63,819 nt of DNA, filler included, from Reticulomyxa filosa (GCA_000512085.1; 22 parts of 22 records of this genome joined end to end with filler, not necessarily neighbours in it); one strand, 5' to 3'; shown: positions 13,020 to 26,088, numbered from the whole stretch's first letter. A program made the numbers and translations. The notes: generated from the letters alone by a model not told the origin.

Positions 13020-15010
13020 TTTTTATATTTTATATTTTTTCTTTATATTTGAGATAAGAGGTTAGGGAAAATTTGGGGGGAAAAAAAAAGTAATGGAAAA
13101 AAATTAAGTGGAAAAAAGGGTGGGAAAATAATGAATGGGAAAAATAAATTGGAAAAAAAAGTATGGAAAAAAATGATTGGAAAAATGGTAAATTGGGGGT
13201 TAAAAATTTTATTTGAGAAAATTGAAAAAATAAAAAAGAATGCAAAAAATAAAAAGAATGTTGAAAATGAAAAATTAAAAAAGAAGACAATTGAAAAAAA
13301 GATTAAAAAAGAAAAAAAAAATAAAGAAAAAAAAGAGAAAAAAGCAAAAGGGATATGGGAGTAAATGAAAAAGAATAATGAAAATAAGAAAAAAAGGAGA
13401 AGAAAAAGCGCATATAGTGTACGTGCGCAAATTCGTAATTTTGTATTTTTAATATTATTGTGCTGCTGATGTGAGTAATCGTTGGTGCCACCAGAGACGA
13501 ACGCAAATTTGATAAGAAAAAAAAAAGTGGTGATATGGTGCAAAGTGTTGTATTAGTTGTGGCGAAACTCCAGCAAGAAGAGGAAGATTATGAAGAGTAT
13601 TGTGATGAACATATTAAAGAAAATCCCGAAGTCACATCGCGTTGAATTTGTTTTAAAAAAACAACATATGCCTGGAGGATTTCTGAGTTTGTTATAGGAA
13701 CTGTCCTTCATCTCGAGAATGCGCAAAGTCGCCACTAGGGAACTAACTTCACATAGCGTGCCCAGTAAAAGATGAAGAACAAGTGTTGAAATGTATAGAA
13801 TTATCAACTCGAATCATTGGAAAGAATTTGCTCACAATAAACGTCAGCACGCGAGTCTCTGCAAATAGTTGTTGACTTGCAAATCGCCAAAGAGGGCGCC
13901 CAACTGCAATCTGCCGGCGTCAAAAAACAATGAACATTAATTGTTATGGAAATGGTGCCAATTTTATTAGTGCAAAAAAAAAAAAAGTATAAACTGGTCG
14001 TATGGGTGCGCACATTCGCAAATTTGGAGTTTGGATTGTGCATGTGCCGATAAGAGAAACGAATACGCCTAAGAATGGAAAAAAATAAATAAGAATGGTA
14101 TCCATCAATCGTTAGATTGCCAATTGAAACTTTGGATATACTGGAAATGCACATACAAACTATGTCTCATTACAAGTGCAATGATGCTTTTCAAGTATGA
14201 AGTACATCAGCTCGTGGATCAGATTTTCCAACTCAATTCCGGGCAATCGAGGTCTTGTATCGCCAGACGAAAGCAAGCTCATCAAGTAGAAAAAAAGAAG
14301 AAGTGGTGAATGCGCAAAGTAGGAGATGGTGTCAGAGAAGAAGTGGAAATGGAGGAATTTGTTAAAAAATGCACGAGAAAACCACCACATCGGGAGAATT
14401 GTTCATGTAATAGTGGTTCATTTAGTGGAGGAATTGTGCGAAACTTCGTCAACACAGCAACAGGCAGAAGAAAAAGGTCGTGATGAGGAGAGTGGATGAT
14501 GAAAAGAACAAAATGGTAAGTACGTATCTTTTTGAATTTGTTTTTTTAAAAAAAAATAACCAGTTAGATGGCTTTGTTGAGTTTTGTTATAGAACTATTC
14601 TTCATACCTAGAAGCGCGCAAAATCGACACTAGCGAGCGTGGATCAACTTACCATATCGCGCGCCAATGGAAAACTCTTAAAGAGTGCGGCGATTTCAAG
14701 CAATGGCAGCCTGGAGAATTGTAAAGGCGCTTGCTATCAACACATGCTCACAAAAGTTTCTGCTTATAATGGTTGAACGAGGCACAGCGCCAAAAAAGGT
14801 GTCGAATTTCGATCTATCGTCGCCAATGAACAGTAAACACTTGGCCGTTATGAAAATCGCGCTACTTATGTTAACGAATAGATTGACCACTCATGCCAAA
14901 ACTTGTCGTGTATGTGCGCGCACATTCGCAACTTTGGATCGTGCGTATACCGGTGGGAGAAACCTTGAGCTCGCAAAAACAGTGAATATCGTTGATAAGT
15001 GAAGAAATAA
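13020..15010 (+). repeat. Compound repeat element, copy A: purine-rich leader plus tandem degenerate units of about 0.9 kb
   Basis: GCGCAAAGTCGCCACT at 13721 recurs as GCGCAAAATCGACACT at 14616. GTGCGCACATTCGCAAATTTGG at 14006 recurs at 14916, with a partial copy at 13423. Homologous to 33140-34925 on the minus strand. Confidence 0.8.
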
Positions 15011-15257
15011 AGATAGTTAGTTGCATTTCCCAAGTCCAACGCTGCAAGATTTGTATGCAAGAATAGTTAGTTTCTCCAGTCTGAATGGCGTTGTTTGTTG
15101 GATTTACTTCTATCATTTCAACATCAGACACATGAGAATTATCCAACGGGGCTGTTTAGTGCATGGACTCTTCATTTTTTATTGTGTCAATGTTGTGGAT
15201 AGGATTGTTTTCATGCTGATTTCCGCTCGATTCAGACATTTGAGGTTCGTGTTTAAT

Positions 15258-16537
15258 CTATCCTTTGGCTCTTTGTTCTGGTGGTTGGTCTTGTTCAATT
15301 TTCACAGTAGGTGCTGTCATTAAAGGGGCATTGTCTACGATTTTGGTGTTAGCAGAGACAGTATTGATGTTCGTGGAGCTATTTTGAGGATAATTGGCAA
15401 TACAAGCCTGACAAAAATCGATCAATTCTGTGCATATGTTGATAGGGATATTGGTAATTTCGATATCAAGGCATTCTCCTTCAGAATTGTTGGTTTTGTC
15501 ATCTCCGTCGATAAAATTATTGAGTACGAAAGGGCATTTCATTTCAATGATGTTAATTAATTTGCCCATATCTATCGAATTTAGTTCGTACATAAGAGCT
15601 CCACTAATTGGGTCAGACGTTCGCGATAACTTTCGTCTGCTTTTGTTCGTACGATCCGCAGTGGACCTTCCAAATTGTGAATCAATACAGACAAGATAAG
15701 AATGTCATGAAACTGTATACATGTGAATGTATATACAACATATATATGGCGTCATTTCAATCATCAAAGTCTCTTTGTCAAAACTTGGTTTTATATTTCA
15801 ATACGTGAGAGCATTTCTTTTCAAATTGCTTGGAAAGATTGTAAGCGACACAATAGAGCGGAGATCCTGAAGTATTGAAAGTCAAATAATTCTTCCACAC
15901 TTGGTCGAACATCTTTTGCAAACATTTTAGCGTCCGTGTATTCTCCCCCTTTTCGTTTTCTCGTTGATGGTACCCAAGTCCATGGGTCGTTTTACAATGT
16001 TGCAATAATTTTCTAAACCAACTTGATTACAGTCCACGGGAGTACGATATTCGACTGCTTATGGATTCGCGAGTAGCGATTGCAATGTTCTAATTCCGGT
16101 TTGTAATCACTGGACATATTTGCGTTCTTTGTGGCGACTGCGACATCAGACTCTATCTCTTCTGTGTCTTCCAATTCGTCCTTGTCACCAAATCAAGGCG
16201 AACAGATTCTCTTTCCATCATATCCATGTGCAAGGGGGGGGGGAGGGATCGTTCCTACGTCGCTATCTTTGGCTGTTGCTTGAAAGAGGCCAGATTGCAC
16301 ATTGATGCCGTTTCTGGTAGAAGAGTGGTCTGCCCAATGCCCTGAATGGAAATTGTAGATATTTGGATCAAGTTCTTCCCTACCCACGCCAATAGAATAA
16401 TTGATCATTGTTGCTGTGTTACCATCATTCAAAAGTCCTTCCGTCGCGTTGTCCGAGTGAAACGAGTGTCCGCTCATCGAACTGTCTTTGTTTTCATCTT
16501 CAGTGTTATCAAATCCACTGAAATCATTTTGATTCAT
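15258..16537 (-). pseudogene. BET/GTE-family bromodomain plus ET(NET)-domain gene, disrupted
   Basis: Bromodomain PVDCNQVGLENYCNIVKRPMDLGTI / GEYTDAKMFAKDVR / QVWKNYLTFNTSGSPLY is split over three frames. ET-like MGKLINIIEMKCP...ECLDIEITNIP follows. In-frame stops at 16059-61, 15258-60 and 15156-58. Coding-like sequence continues to about 15020. Confidence 0.75.
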
Positions 16538-16779
16538 TTTTTTGAGCTGGATTACTTTCTATGAAAAGAGAAAAATAACNNNNNNNNNNNNNNNNNNNNN
16601 NNNNNNNNNNNNNNNNNNNNNNNTTAATTAATTAANNNNNNNNNNNNNNNNNNNNNNNNNNNNNNNNNNNNNNNNNNNNTTACGTTTTTTTTTTTTTTTT
16701 TTTTGCACCCAAACACACACAATTTTAAAAAATGTTTGTTTTTAGTTGCTTGACTTCGTGTTTGGATCAACAAAAATAT

Positions 16780-17320
16780 CGCCATAACACACCATCATGT
16801 CGCCATTTGCATTGTCAAATCCGTTGTTGTCATATCTATTGTTTTTTTTTTTGTTAAAGGTTTTGCATTCCGTTCCTTTTTCTTTTTTCTCCTCTTCCCT
16901 TTCTTTTCACACTCTCTTGGCCACTCAACGGCTTAATATCATTTTCGGTGATACAGTGTTGATTGCTTCGAATTGCCTTTGAGTTTTTTATCGCTTTTAG
17001 CGCATTCTCTAGTGTTTCTACCGGACTCCGATTATGTGATTGCATTTTTGTTAAGTTTTGTCCTACGTTGTTGTTTGTGCCCTTGTCGTGCTCATACAGC
17101 TACATAATAACATTTTTTTGATTTGTTTTGGATTGAAAGACATTAAACTTCACCTTTCGTACTTTAACAATAAGAAAAGTGAGAAGATATTCGTGTTGAT
17201 TTCCAATTCCCAAGGGTTTTTTAAATCAAAAACTTTTTTATAGTTGCGCAAGAAATTGTGGTTTGTTTTTTGTTTTACTTCTTTCAATGGATCATTGCAA
17301 CTTAAAAAAAAATCGCAAAT
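16780..17320 (-). CDS. Hypothetical multi-exon protein, partial
   Basis: Coding-like segments (LRNYKKVFDLKNPWELE; MQSHNRSPVETLENALKAIK) with a GTGAAG donor near 17154. No motif recognised. Confidence 0.3.
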
Positions 17321-17500
17321 ATAAATTAAAAAACTACCAAACAATACCAACCAACACACCACTAACTCAGAATTTTCATTTGAACGGAAGGTATACTACA
17401 AATTTCAAATATCATTCCCTTTTTTTTGTCAGTTTTTTGCCTTTTTATGAAATTGCTCACTGAACACAAAAACCATTTGGCCTTTTGTTCGTCGTTTTCT

Positions 17501-19113
17501 TTAGTTTTGTTGCACACCACCAAAAAACTCTACAATTTCCATTGCGTCACTAAACGCCACAATTTCTTGTGCCACCTCAAGTGGAACTTGCTGTTGGACG
17601 TCATATATCAGCTTTGCCATTTGTAATCTTGCAACTTTCAATTCCTTCACACCTTGGTTAATTGCTTGTGCTAAGCGTTTCTCTTCTTCTGGCTTTTTCT
17701 CTTGCAACCATTTCAGTGCACTTTTCCCAGTCTGTTGTAAACATTTTAAAAAAAAAAAGAGTTAACACAACGTGTGTTAAAAAAGTACAAATAAAAAAAA
17801 AAGATCTCTTTTGATTGCTTTAAAAATCATAACTTTATTTTGTAAATGAAGTAGGGCACCTCTGGTGACAAGTAATTGTGTAATTCTTTCATGTTGATGT
17901 TCGATAGCATAATGTAAAGGGGTGTTGCCATATGCATCTTGTAAATTAATTTGCATCCCTTGTTTTAGAATATTGTACACCGACTGATATAATCCCTTTC
18001 GAGAAGCAACATGCAACGATGACATGTTTGCTTCAATGCAATGTGGATCCGCCACTGAAAGTGCCTGCTCTGCCAAGGCTTCGGTTTGTGCATCCCTAAA
18101 GCCCACTGCTCCCATTATCATTTCCACGCCAAAACAGTTGACCAAACGCTCAAGGTAGCTGGCGCTGGTGGCCATGTTGGACAGAGCAGCACAGCAGTTT
18201 CTTTGCAAACAAATATCTTCTTTATGAATTTTCATTGCCGCTATCGTTAATTCCACCGCACCACTTTCAGTCAACAGGAAAGCAATATTATCATTGTGAC
18301 CGAGGTTTGTAAATAACCCTGCACTGACTGTGGCGATGGTGGAATGGTGCTTATGACGGTCGATCACTTTTATAATGTTTTGCAGTATGTCTGCTGACCC
18401 ACAACTGTTTCGTAAGGTTTCTGACAACACCAAGTTGCTCAGTGCTCCCAAAGTGGTCTCGATCACCAGGTGGACCTCATGGTAATGTTCGATCACTTGA
18501 TACAACAAATTCACCACCGGTTTATCGAATTGTAACCTGCATTGTTCTGGGCGTGCTAAATTCCAAATTGCACTCATTGCAAGCCTAGACCAATCCAAAA
18601 AAAAAAATTTTGGTTTTTTAAAAAAGGGGGATTTTTTTTAAACAAAAAGTATGTGTACCAACACAATTTCCAATCGTCGAAATGTTGTTTGACAGCAACA
18701 ATGAGGAATTGGTGTGCATTGTAGTGACATAAGATTGAACAATGTTGTTGGTGTATAGCCATGTTGCTCAAAGCGTGTGCACAAAAACGTTGGATGTGTT
18801 TGTGGTTTTGAAATTGTTGCATGGTGGATGTTACTGTGGAAACATCCGTCTCTAGTGTTTGCGTGTCAAATGTAATATCACGATTGGCATATTTTTTGCC
18901 AATTGCTTTGATCTGTTGCACGACATTTCCAACTTTGGAAGACAAATCATTTGTAGAAACGGATCTACTGATGATTTCAGTTGGTTTTGGATCAATTGGG
19001 TTAACACAGGAACTAGCATCTGCAATTTTGATCGAATTGAAACTGCATTTTCGTTTCCATTTGCCAAAAGCACAACCAATGGAACGAAAGAATCTCGAAG
19101 GTCTTGAGGACAT
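17501..19113 (-). CDS. Armadillo-repeat plus ankyrin-repeat protein (3 exons)
   Basis: ARM-like repeats IQRFCAHALSNMA, LAMSAIWNLA, TLGALSNLV and LQRNCCAALSNMA. Ankyrin motifs SSLHVASRKG, DAYGNTPLHYA and GKSAL. Introns near 18580-18658 and 17735-17835. Confidence 0.85.
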
Positions 19114-19909
19114 TCACTCAAAACTTTACTTGGATTTGTTGCTTTTCAATTGGATCAAATACAAATAAAAACCCAAGATAACCACTTTTTCACAACACAA
19201 AACAAAAACTTCCCGCAGCGCTTTTAAACTGGGAAAAAACTTGTTGTTTCAAAAAATTGCAGATTATGAAATTCTAAAATAAAAATATGATGCAAATTTC
19301 GTTATCTAATTTGTTAGAGATTCAAACTTGTTAGTTTTTTGAAGGGTTTGGCTTTGTTCCCAACTTCTGAAGAATGTAAACATTCAACAATGTAGGAAGT
19401 ATTTCAGCTATTAGAGAATGTGATGCAAAAGTGAAGTTATAAACATAAAGATATTAATTTATATTTTTGAAAAGTTATCTTCTTAAGGTAACACATTATG
19501 TGTGCAAGTTTTTGTAAACACAAAGATTTCAAAACAAAGCAAAATGATCGCACCTTTTTTTTTTGATCGAATGAATTTGTTTGAATTAGATTTAAATTGT
19601 ACTGAGTTATACATAATTGGAAAAAAAGAAAAGTTGTCGGGACCAATGATTTTCTTTTTTTATCTTATTCAGCTTTGAAAAGTTACTTGAGTTAAAAAAA
19701 AAAAACATAAAAAAAATCATTTACATGTATCACAAATGTATAAAATGTGAAAGAGTTTAAAANNNNNNNNNNNNNNNNNNNNNNNNNNNNNNNNNNNNNN
19801 NNNNNNTTAATTAATTAANNNNNNNNNNNNNNNNNNNNNNNNNNNNNNNNNNNNNNNNNNNNGGGGGGGGGGAGAGAGAGGGGAAAGAAAAAAAAAACTC
19901 TATTCTACT

Positions 19910-20718
19910 CTACTAAAACGCGATAGAGTTCCGATCGAGCTTGGCAGTGAAGGACGGATTGGTGCGGTTGATATGCTGTTGTGAGATGGATCCTTCTTCG
20001 ATGGGTCTGTTTTCTTTTTGCCACAATGGAAAACCGCCATCCAAAACACACACGTTCTTTGCACCCATTGCTTTCAACATGTACCATACGCGAGGGGAGC
20101 TAATCGAATTATTTATTGTTGTTATTGTTATTGTTGTTTTTTCCTCTTACAAGGACTTCACACAATATTTTGGCTAAGCCATCAGATTTTTCTTGAGAAA
20201 TTTCTTGAGAAATTTCTCAAATTGTTTGTTTGGTTTGCAAAACGAAAAAATGCCGGAACGATCATAAACGACAATAATGTCGTCATTTGCAAGCCCGAGT
20301 TTAGACATGTGCATTTCAAACTCTTTTGGAGATGGAATCATTCGAGGATACTGATTTTTTTTGTCTCGAATCTCTTCCAAGTCAAAATATTGCGCTTTTG
20401 GGATACGATTTTGTGAGTACTCTTGATGAGGGCTACGCTTTGCTGAGGGAAAGTGCCAAGAGCCATCAATCACCTTCACACTCTCATGTTCAAGGTTTTT
20501 TTGCAGCCAATTGCCAGTGACCAATGGAGGCACATCTGTCTATAATTGGATTGTTTGCATTCACTTGCTCAGAGGAAAAACAGAAATTGCAAAAGATGCT
20601 TACATGTGTTGTATAAAATGAACGAAATGAACCAGGTCTTAGATGTATTTTGTTGGATAGATTTGCATGCAAAATACCCTGCATTTTCATGTCCCAGAGT
20701 TGCAAACAGTTTTCTCAT
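19910..20718 (-). CDS. 3-mercaptopyruvate/thiosulfate sulfurtransferase (rhodanese, MPST/TST family), 3'-partial
   Basis: LVTGNWL...VKVIDGSWHFP...EYSQNRIPKAQYFD...RMIPSPKEFEMHMSKLGLANDDIIVVYDRSGIFS, then an intron, then SPRVWYMLKAMGAKNVCVLDGGFPLW. The N-terminal extension may be a transit peptide. Confidence 0.92.
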
Positions 20719-22799
20719 ATTGTCTCAAGCCCACTGGTCACACAAAGGCTTTCAGATTCTGGCATTAAATAATTTAGTGTTATGACAGAGTGAAAACGTT
20801 ATTGTAAAATTAGTATGATCGAGATACTAAAGTGCGAAAAGAAACACCTTAACTTAATCAGATACGACAAAGCGCTTCAATTTTCTTTTTTCAATTGGAA
20901 ACTATTATATGTACACATAATGACACTTTTGTCTGTAACTTGAAAAGTCTTCTTTTATGGAGAGATAGTATGCAAAATATTATCCTTTTTTTTGTGTAAA
21001 TGATATAAGTTTTAAGTCAGTACCAGAATGTATCATTGACTATTCTATTTTTTTAGTACTTTCTCAGTATTACAGATTTTTGCACATATTCATGTGTGAA
21101 AGGATCACCGTAAATTAGTAATTTTTACTTTTCATGATAGCAAATTGTGTCCAGTATATAATGAGCCAATGAAAACGTGGTTCTGTAAAAAGTTACAGAA
21201 AAAGAAAAATTTGGAAGAAATAACAAAATTTTACACATGTTGTGAAGATGAACGAAAAACGTAAATATTGACTTAATTTCCTTTCAAATTTTTTCAAAAA
21301 TTTTAATCTTTCATTTGATTTGGTAAAATTTCTTAAAAAAAGTTTACGATCGTATTTTTCTAGTAGTCATGAAATTTGCAAATCTTTTTTTAAACAATTT
21401 TTAGATTTACCTTTTTTTTTTTTAGTGTTCGATATTTATTTTTGTCATTTTGATTATTTTGTTGCTGAAATATTGATTGACAACTTTAGATGAAAATTCC
21501 ATAACAAAAAGAACAAAATTTAGTTGTTGAAGCATTTTAGTTTGGACATGTTTTGGAGTATTATGAATAGATTATGCTTACAAGGTGGAAGTTGGAGTAA
21601 ATACTGACATATATAACGAAGTTTTATCTGACAAAATCTAAAGATAGTCAATTGCTGATTAGAAAATAAAGATAATTGGAGTTTCAGCAAGATAATGCAA
21701 CATGCTATAAATCGGAAAAAATTATGAAATAGTTAAAACAAAAAAAAAATGAAAACAATGAATTAATGAAAATTCACCTGATTTAAATCCATTGAAAATT
21801 TCATGTTTGATTACATGTAAAATTACCCTTTCGGTACAAAATAAAAAAATTTACATTAATATCTTTTTGCAGAACATTCAACAAGGTTTTCCATTCAAAA
21901 AAGAAAATAGTAAATAAACTACTAATGTCGGATTGCAACAACATTATCTCAATTTTGTCTTAAATTGCGTTGACAGTTTCTTATTTTTTCATAAATAAGT
22001 CAAAATTTTTGTTTTCTAATGCTGACCAAAAGATTTCTTCACTTTTTAAAAAAGGAAAATTTTCCTTTCATTATCAATGGTGCAGAAAAGCTTTGTGTCT
22101 TCCAAAAAAAAGTAAATAAGTTTTAAGTCCAAAGTTTTTTTCCATCATTTGCTGATAAAAAAATCTGAAAAAAATAAAAAATCTTTTAAATAATAATACC
22201 AAAAAAATTCAACAAGTAACGGCAAAAAAAATCCGACCCCTATTTGCATCTGAATTTGCATTTTTATTTGTATTTTTATTTGCAGCATTTACACTTTAAA
22301 GATGTCGTTCTTTGAACAATTGATTTTTTGATTTTTTTTACGGTCGTATCATATTTTTTGTTCAAGTTTTTCATATGAACAATTTAAAGCAAATATGCAG
22401 CTGATCGCAAAAAAAAACTCTTATATTTAAATGGCACTCTTATTAAGAAGTTCAATTTCTTGTTAAAAATAAATTATTTTTTTTTGAGGACTTTTGATCA
22501 TTATTTGAAACTTTGATTTTTCAAAAAGACTTGATTGCATCAATTAACAAAAAACTGAAGTTGAAGATAGTAATATTAATGCTTATTTTGAATTTATAAG
22601 CGGGTACAAATATCAGATCTCAAATAAAATTTAAATTAATTATGTAAGCTGAAGCAATTATGTTTGAAATAGATTAAATCAAGGCTTAAAAAAATTAATG
22701 TCTGTTCAAATATTTGAGCTGTTTGGCTCAAAAGGCGTTAGGCATGCCTGCAAAATATGCTAAAGCCAATTATGAAGCAATGCCAAAAAATGATATGTT

Positions 22800-23396
22800 A
22801 CACATTGTCTCATCATTTAGATTCTATTATTCTTTCCTTTCTTTTTTGATAGCACAAATTTAAAACATATAACTCCATTATTTGAAGTTTCAGCTCCTCT
22901 TATCATAAACAATTCACTCTTATTTGATCTGATATCCTAAAAACGAATTATATTATCCATTGATCCAGAACATATCACATTTGAATTACCATCAAATTCG
23001 ATATTCTTTACAACAAATGGTGAATATCCATACAGTATTTGTATATCCATTAAACATTTAAATTTGTTCTCCATAACGAATATCCCATAAATGAATACTT
23101 TTATCATCTAATACAGATAATATTGTATTTAATACATATTTTTTATCATTGAATGAAAAAAAACTTAACATAATTGGTAACAAGTTTGTCAAAATCTTTG
23201 ATCCATCTTAATTTAATGTTTAATATTCGAGTTCAATGTTGAATAATTAATTGAACTTTTTCTCCTTCTTTTGACTGATTTAATTAAGTGTTGCAGTAAA
23301 CATATATAAAATCTAAGACAACTTTTTTTTGAAAGATTGAATGAAACTTACCAATGGTAGTTGTGATGAAGATTTCTTTTCCTTACCAGTAGTCAT
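22800..23396 (-). pseudogene. WD40-family pseudogene with an internal deletion
   Basis: Same exon 1/exon 2 layout as its neighbours, but with stops at conserved Trp/Gln codons (23233-35 TGA, 23058-60 TAA, 22937-39 TAG). It jumps from exon 2 directly to the last WD repeats. Confidence 0.85.
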
Positions 23397-23775
23397 TCTT
23401 TCTTTGACGACGTAAGATGAAAATAACTTTCTTAGGATAAACGAATGAATACGTTATCAAAATTAAACAATATCTATAGGTTATTGAGAATCATTTCAAA
23501 TGAATTATAATTAAATTTCATTTGATCATTTTTTATTTCTATTAATAAATTTAAATAAAATGATTTTAGTAATTTATTTGTTGAATATTATTCCTTTCCT
23601 GACTAACAAACATTGATAATTAAATTGTAAAAAAACATTTTCCAATTCCGAATAATATATCTTACTTTAACACGTGTTTTGAGATCTTTTTACTGGTCCC
23701 CTTTAGTCAGAGTGAAAAAAGTTCATAGAGTTTTCATCTTTACATCATCAAAGAAAATTTCAGGTGTTAAAAAGA

Positions 23776-25169
23776 ATGATTACTTTTAAAAAGGAAAAAA
23801 CTTCACCGAAACGAGAATTGGTAAGCTTTCAGTTCAATTCTTTAGAAAAACTAGTTTTCTTATTGTATTTACTTGTGATTGAATCAGTCCGAAGAAGAAG
23901 AGAATCAATTGATTATTGAACATTGGGCTCGAACATTAAAAATTAAATTAGGATGGATCAAAGATTTTGACAAAATTATTATTAAATATGTTAAAGATTT
24001 ATCTGTTAATTTGTTTTTTTTATTTAATAATAAATATTTAAATAATATGATTAATATAGGCAGCTAATGTCTTCTTACTTGAAACCTTTCGTTCATCTAA
24101 ACTACTTAAAAAATTTATTGGGCACACTTTTAGTGTATACGGTATTGATTATTCGTCATTCGATGGCCGTCAACTCCTTTGTTCTGGTTCAGGTGATAAA
24201 ACAGTTCGTGTATGGGATATAGAGACAAATACACAAATTCAATTATTTGATGGACATTCAAGTTCTGTATTTGGTGTGAAATTTTCACCTTATCATTATC
24301 ACACCAACAATCGTAATGTTATCTGTTCTGCATCCTTTGATGGAACCATTCGCTTTTGGGATATTAAAGATAACAAACAATCAAAAATATTACATGACTA
24401 CGATCGAAAAATTGTTCATTGCATTGGATTCTCATCATTTAATAGTGGTAGATATTTATGTTCTGGATTTGATAATTTTATTGATTTATGGGATATTGAA
24501 AAACCCAAATCATTACATGTTTTCAGAGGACATAAACGTGGTGTATGCAGTGTAGATTTTTCACCTTTACAAAATAATGACGATAATGACAATAAAAGTG
24601 GTATTGCTGGTGTAATTGGTGGTAATGGATATACTATATGTTCTGGATCATATGATAAAACTGTTCGTATTTGGGATATTGAAACTACTAAACAATTACT
24701 TGTATTGAAAGGACATGAAGATACAATAAATTGTGTAAAATATGTACCAAATGGATCAAGAAATATTAGTAATGGTATAAATACAGTATTATCTGTATTA
24801 GATGATAAAAGTATTCGTTTATGGGATATTCGATCTGGTCAACAAATTCAAATATTTAATGGACATAAAAATATTGTAACGTGTGTTGAATATTCACCAT
24901 TTGTTATAAATTTTAATGAAATTAGTGATCATGTTTCAGATGTAATATGTTCTGGATCAAGAGATCATACAATTCGTTTTTGGGATTTTCGATCAACTAA
25001 AGAATTACACGTTATCAAAAGAGATTATAAAGATGATGGAATATTATGTCTTACATTCTTAGGTTTTGAAGAAAAAGAAAAAAAGAAAAAAAAGAAAAGT
25101 TATGATTATAGTCGTGGTATTAGTCTATGTTTTGGTTCAAACCAAGGTCCTATTAGTATTTGGAGATAA
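23776..25169 (+). CDS. WD40-repeat protein of a lineage-expanded family, apparently intact
   Basis: Exon 1 23776-23820 (MITFKKEKTSPKREL, GTAAGC donor). Exon 2 IIEHWARTLKIKLGWIKDFDK. Exon 3 from about 24060 has repeated GH...SGSxDKTVRIWD units and ends GPISIWR. Confidence 0.92.
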
Positions 25170-25672
25170 ATGATTTTGTTGTTTGACTTGAAATTTTTTG
25201 TGAATTAAATAAATAAATTTTCATCCCCTATAAACCGCTTAACTTGATAACTGATTAAATATGGGATGCTTAGGCTGTTAAATATATTGTAACCTTTTTT
25301 TTTATACAGTACATTTTGAAGTTGTTGAATCAAAATATGCAGAGATTTACATTGGCGGCTTATCATTTCAAGAGAATTACTTTGATATTTTCGAACGAGC
25401 TAAAAACTGCTTCAACAGCTTTGAAATAAGTATATCATCAACTAAGTACCACTAAAAATTAACATTGCTTTATACCCTGAGAAAATATTTTCTGTTTATA
25501 AAAAATAACAACAATTGAAATAAGACATAAACATTTTTATCTTTATTAAAAAAAAATCAAATGTGTTGTTAAAATCCTGTTTTTCATGTTTCCAAAATTT
25601 TTTGAAAACCCTTTCATTGCCCTTGAAAGGAAAAAAGCTCAATATTTTCCATTTTACATCTTGAAAAAAAAA

Positions 25673-26088
25673 ATGACAACTCTTGGCAATGAGAAGCGAA
25701 CTTCAACACAACTAGCGTTGGTAAGCTTTATTCAAGCTTTCAAAAAGTCTTTTGCCTTTTTTATTGTATGTAATTTGTGATCAAAACAGTCGGAAGAAAA
25801 AATTCAAGTAATCGTACAACATTGGATTCGAATATTGAAAATTAAATTAGGATGGATTAATGAATTTGACAAACTTATTGTCAACTATGTTAGTTCATTT
25901 GTTCTTTCTTTTTTTTAATGATAATCAAATATTCCAATATTATTTAACATAGATATCTACTGCCTTCATGTTTGACACATTTCGCTCATCAGCCAAATTA
26001 ATCAATACATTCACTGGACATACTAATTTAGTGTATAGTATTGATTATTCAACATTTGATGATTGTCAATTCTTTGTTCTGGGTCATC
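25673..26088 (+). CDS. WD40-repeat protein paralog, 3'-partial
   Basis: MTTLGNEKRTSTQLAL with a GTAAGC donor, then IVQHWIRILKIKLGWINEFDK and FTGHTNLVYSIDYS. Truncated by the contig end. Confidence 0.88.

Noticed and set aside
13030-13543. Lys-rich and Phe-rich ORFs as proteins, or TTAGGG at 13062 as a telomere
   Set aside because: They come from the low-complexity leader of the compound repeat. There is only a single TTAGGG and no array.
15156-16061. TAA/TAG reassigned to Gln (ciliate-type genetic code)
   Set aside because: Intact genes here have long frames free of TAR, use CAA/CAG for Gln and terminate at TAA (25167-69, 55930-32, 61250-52). The stops are confined to decayed copies.
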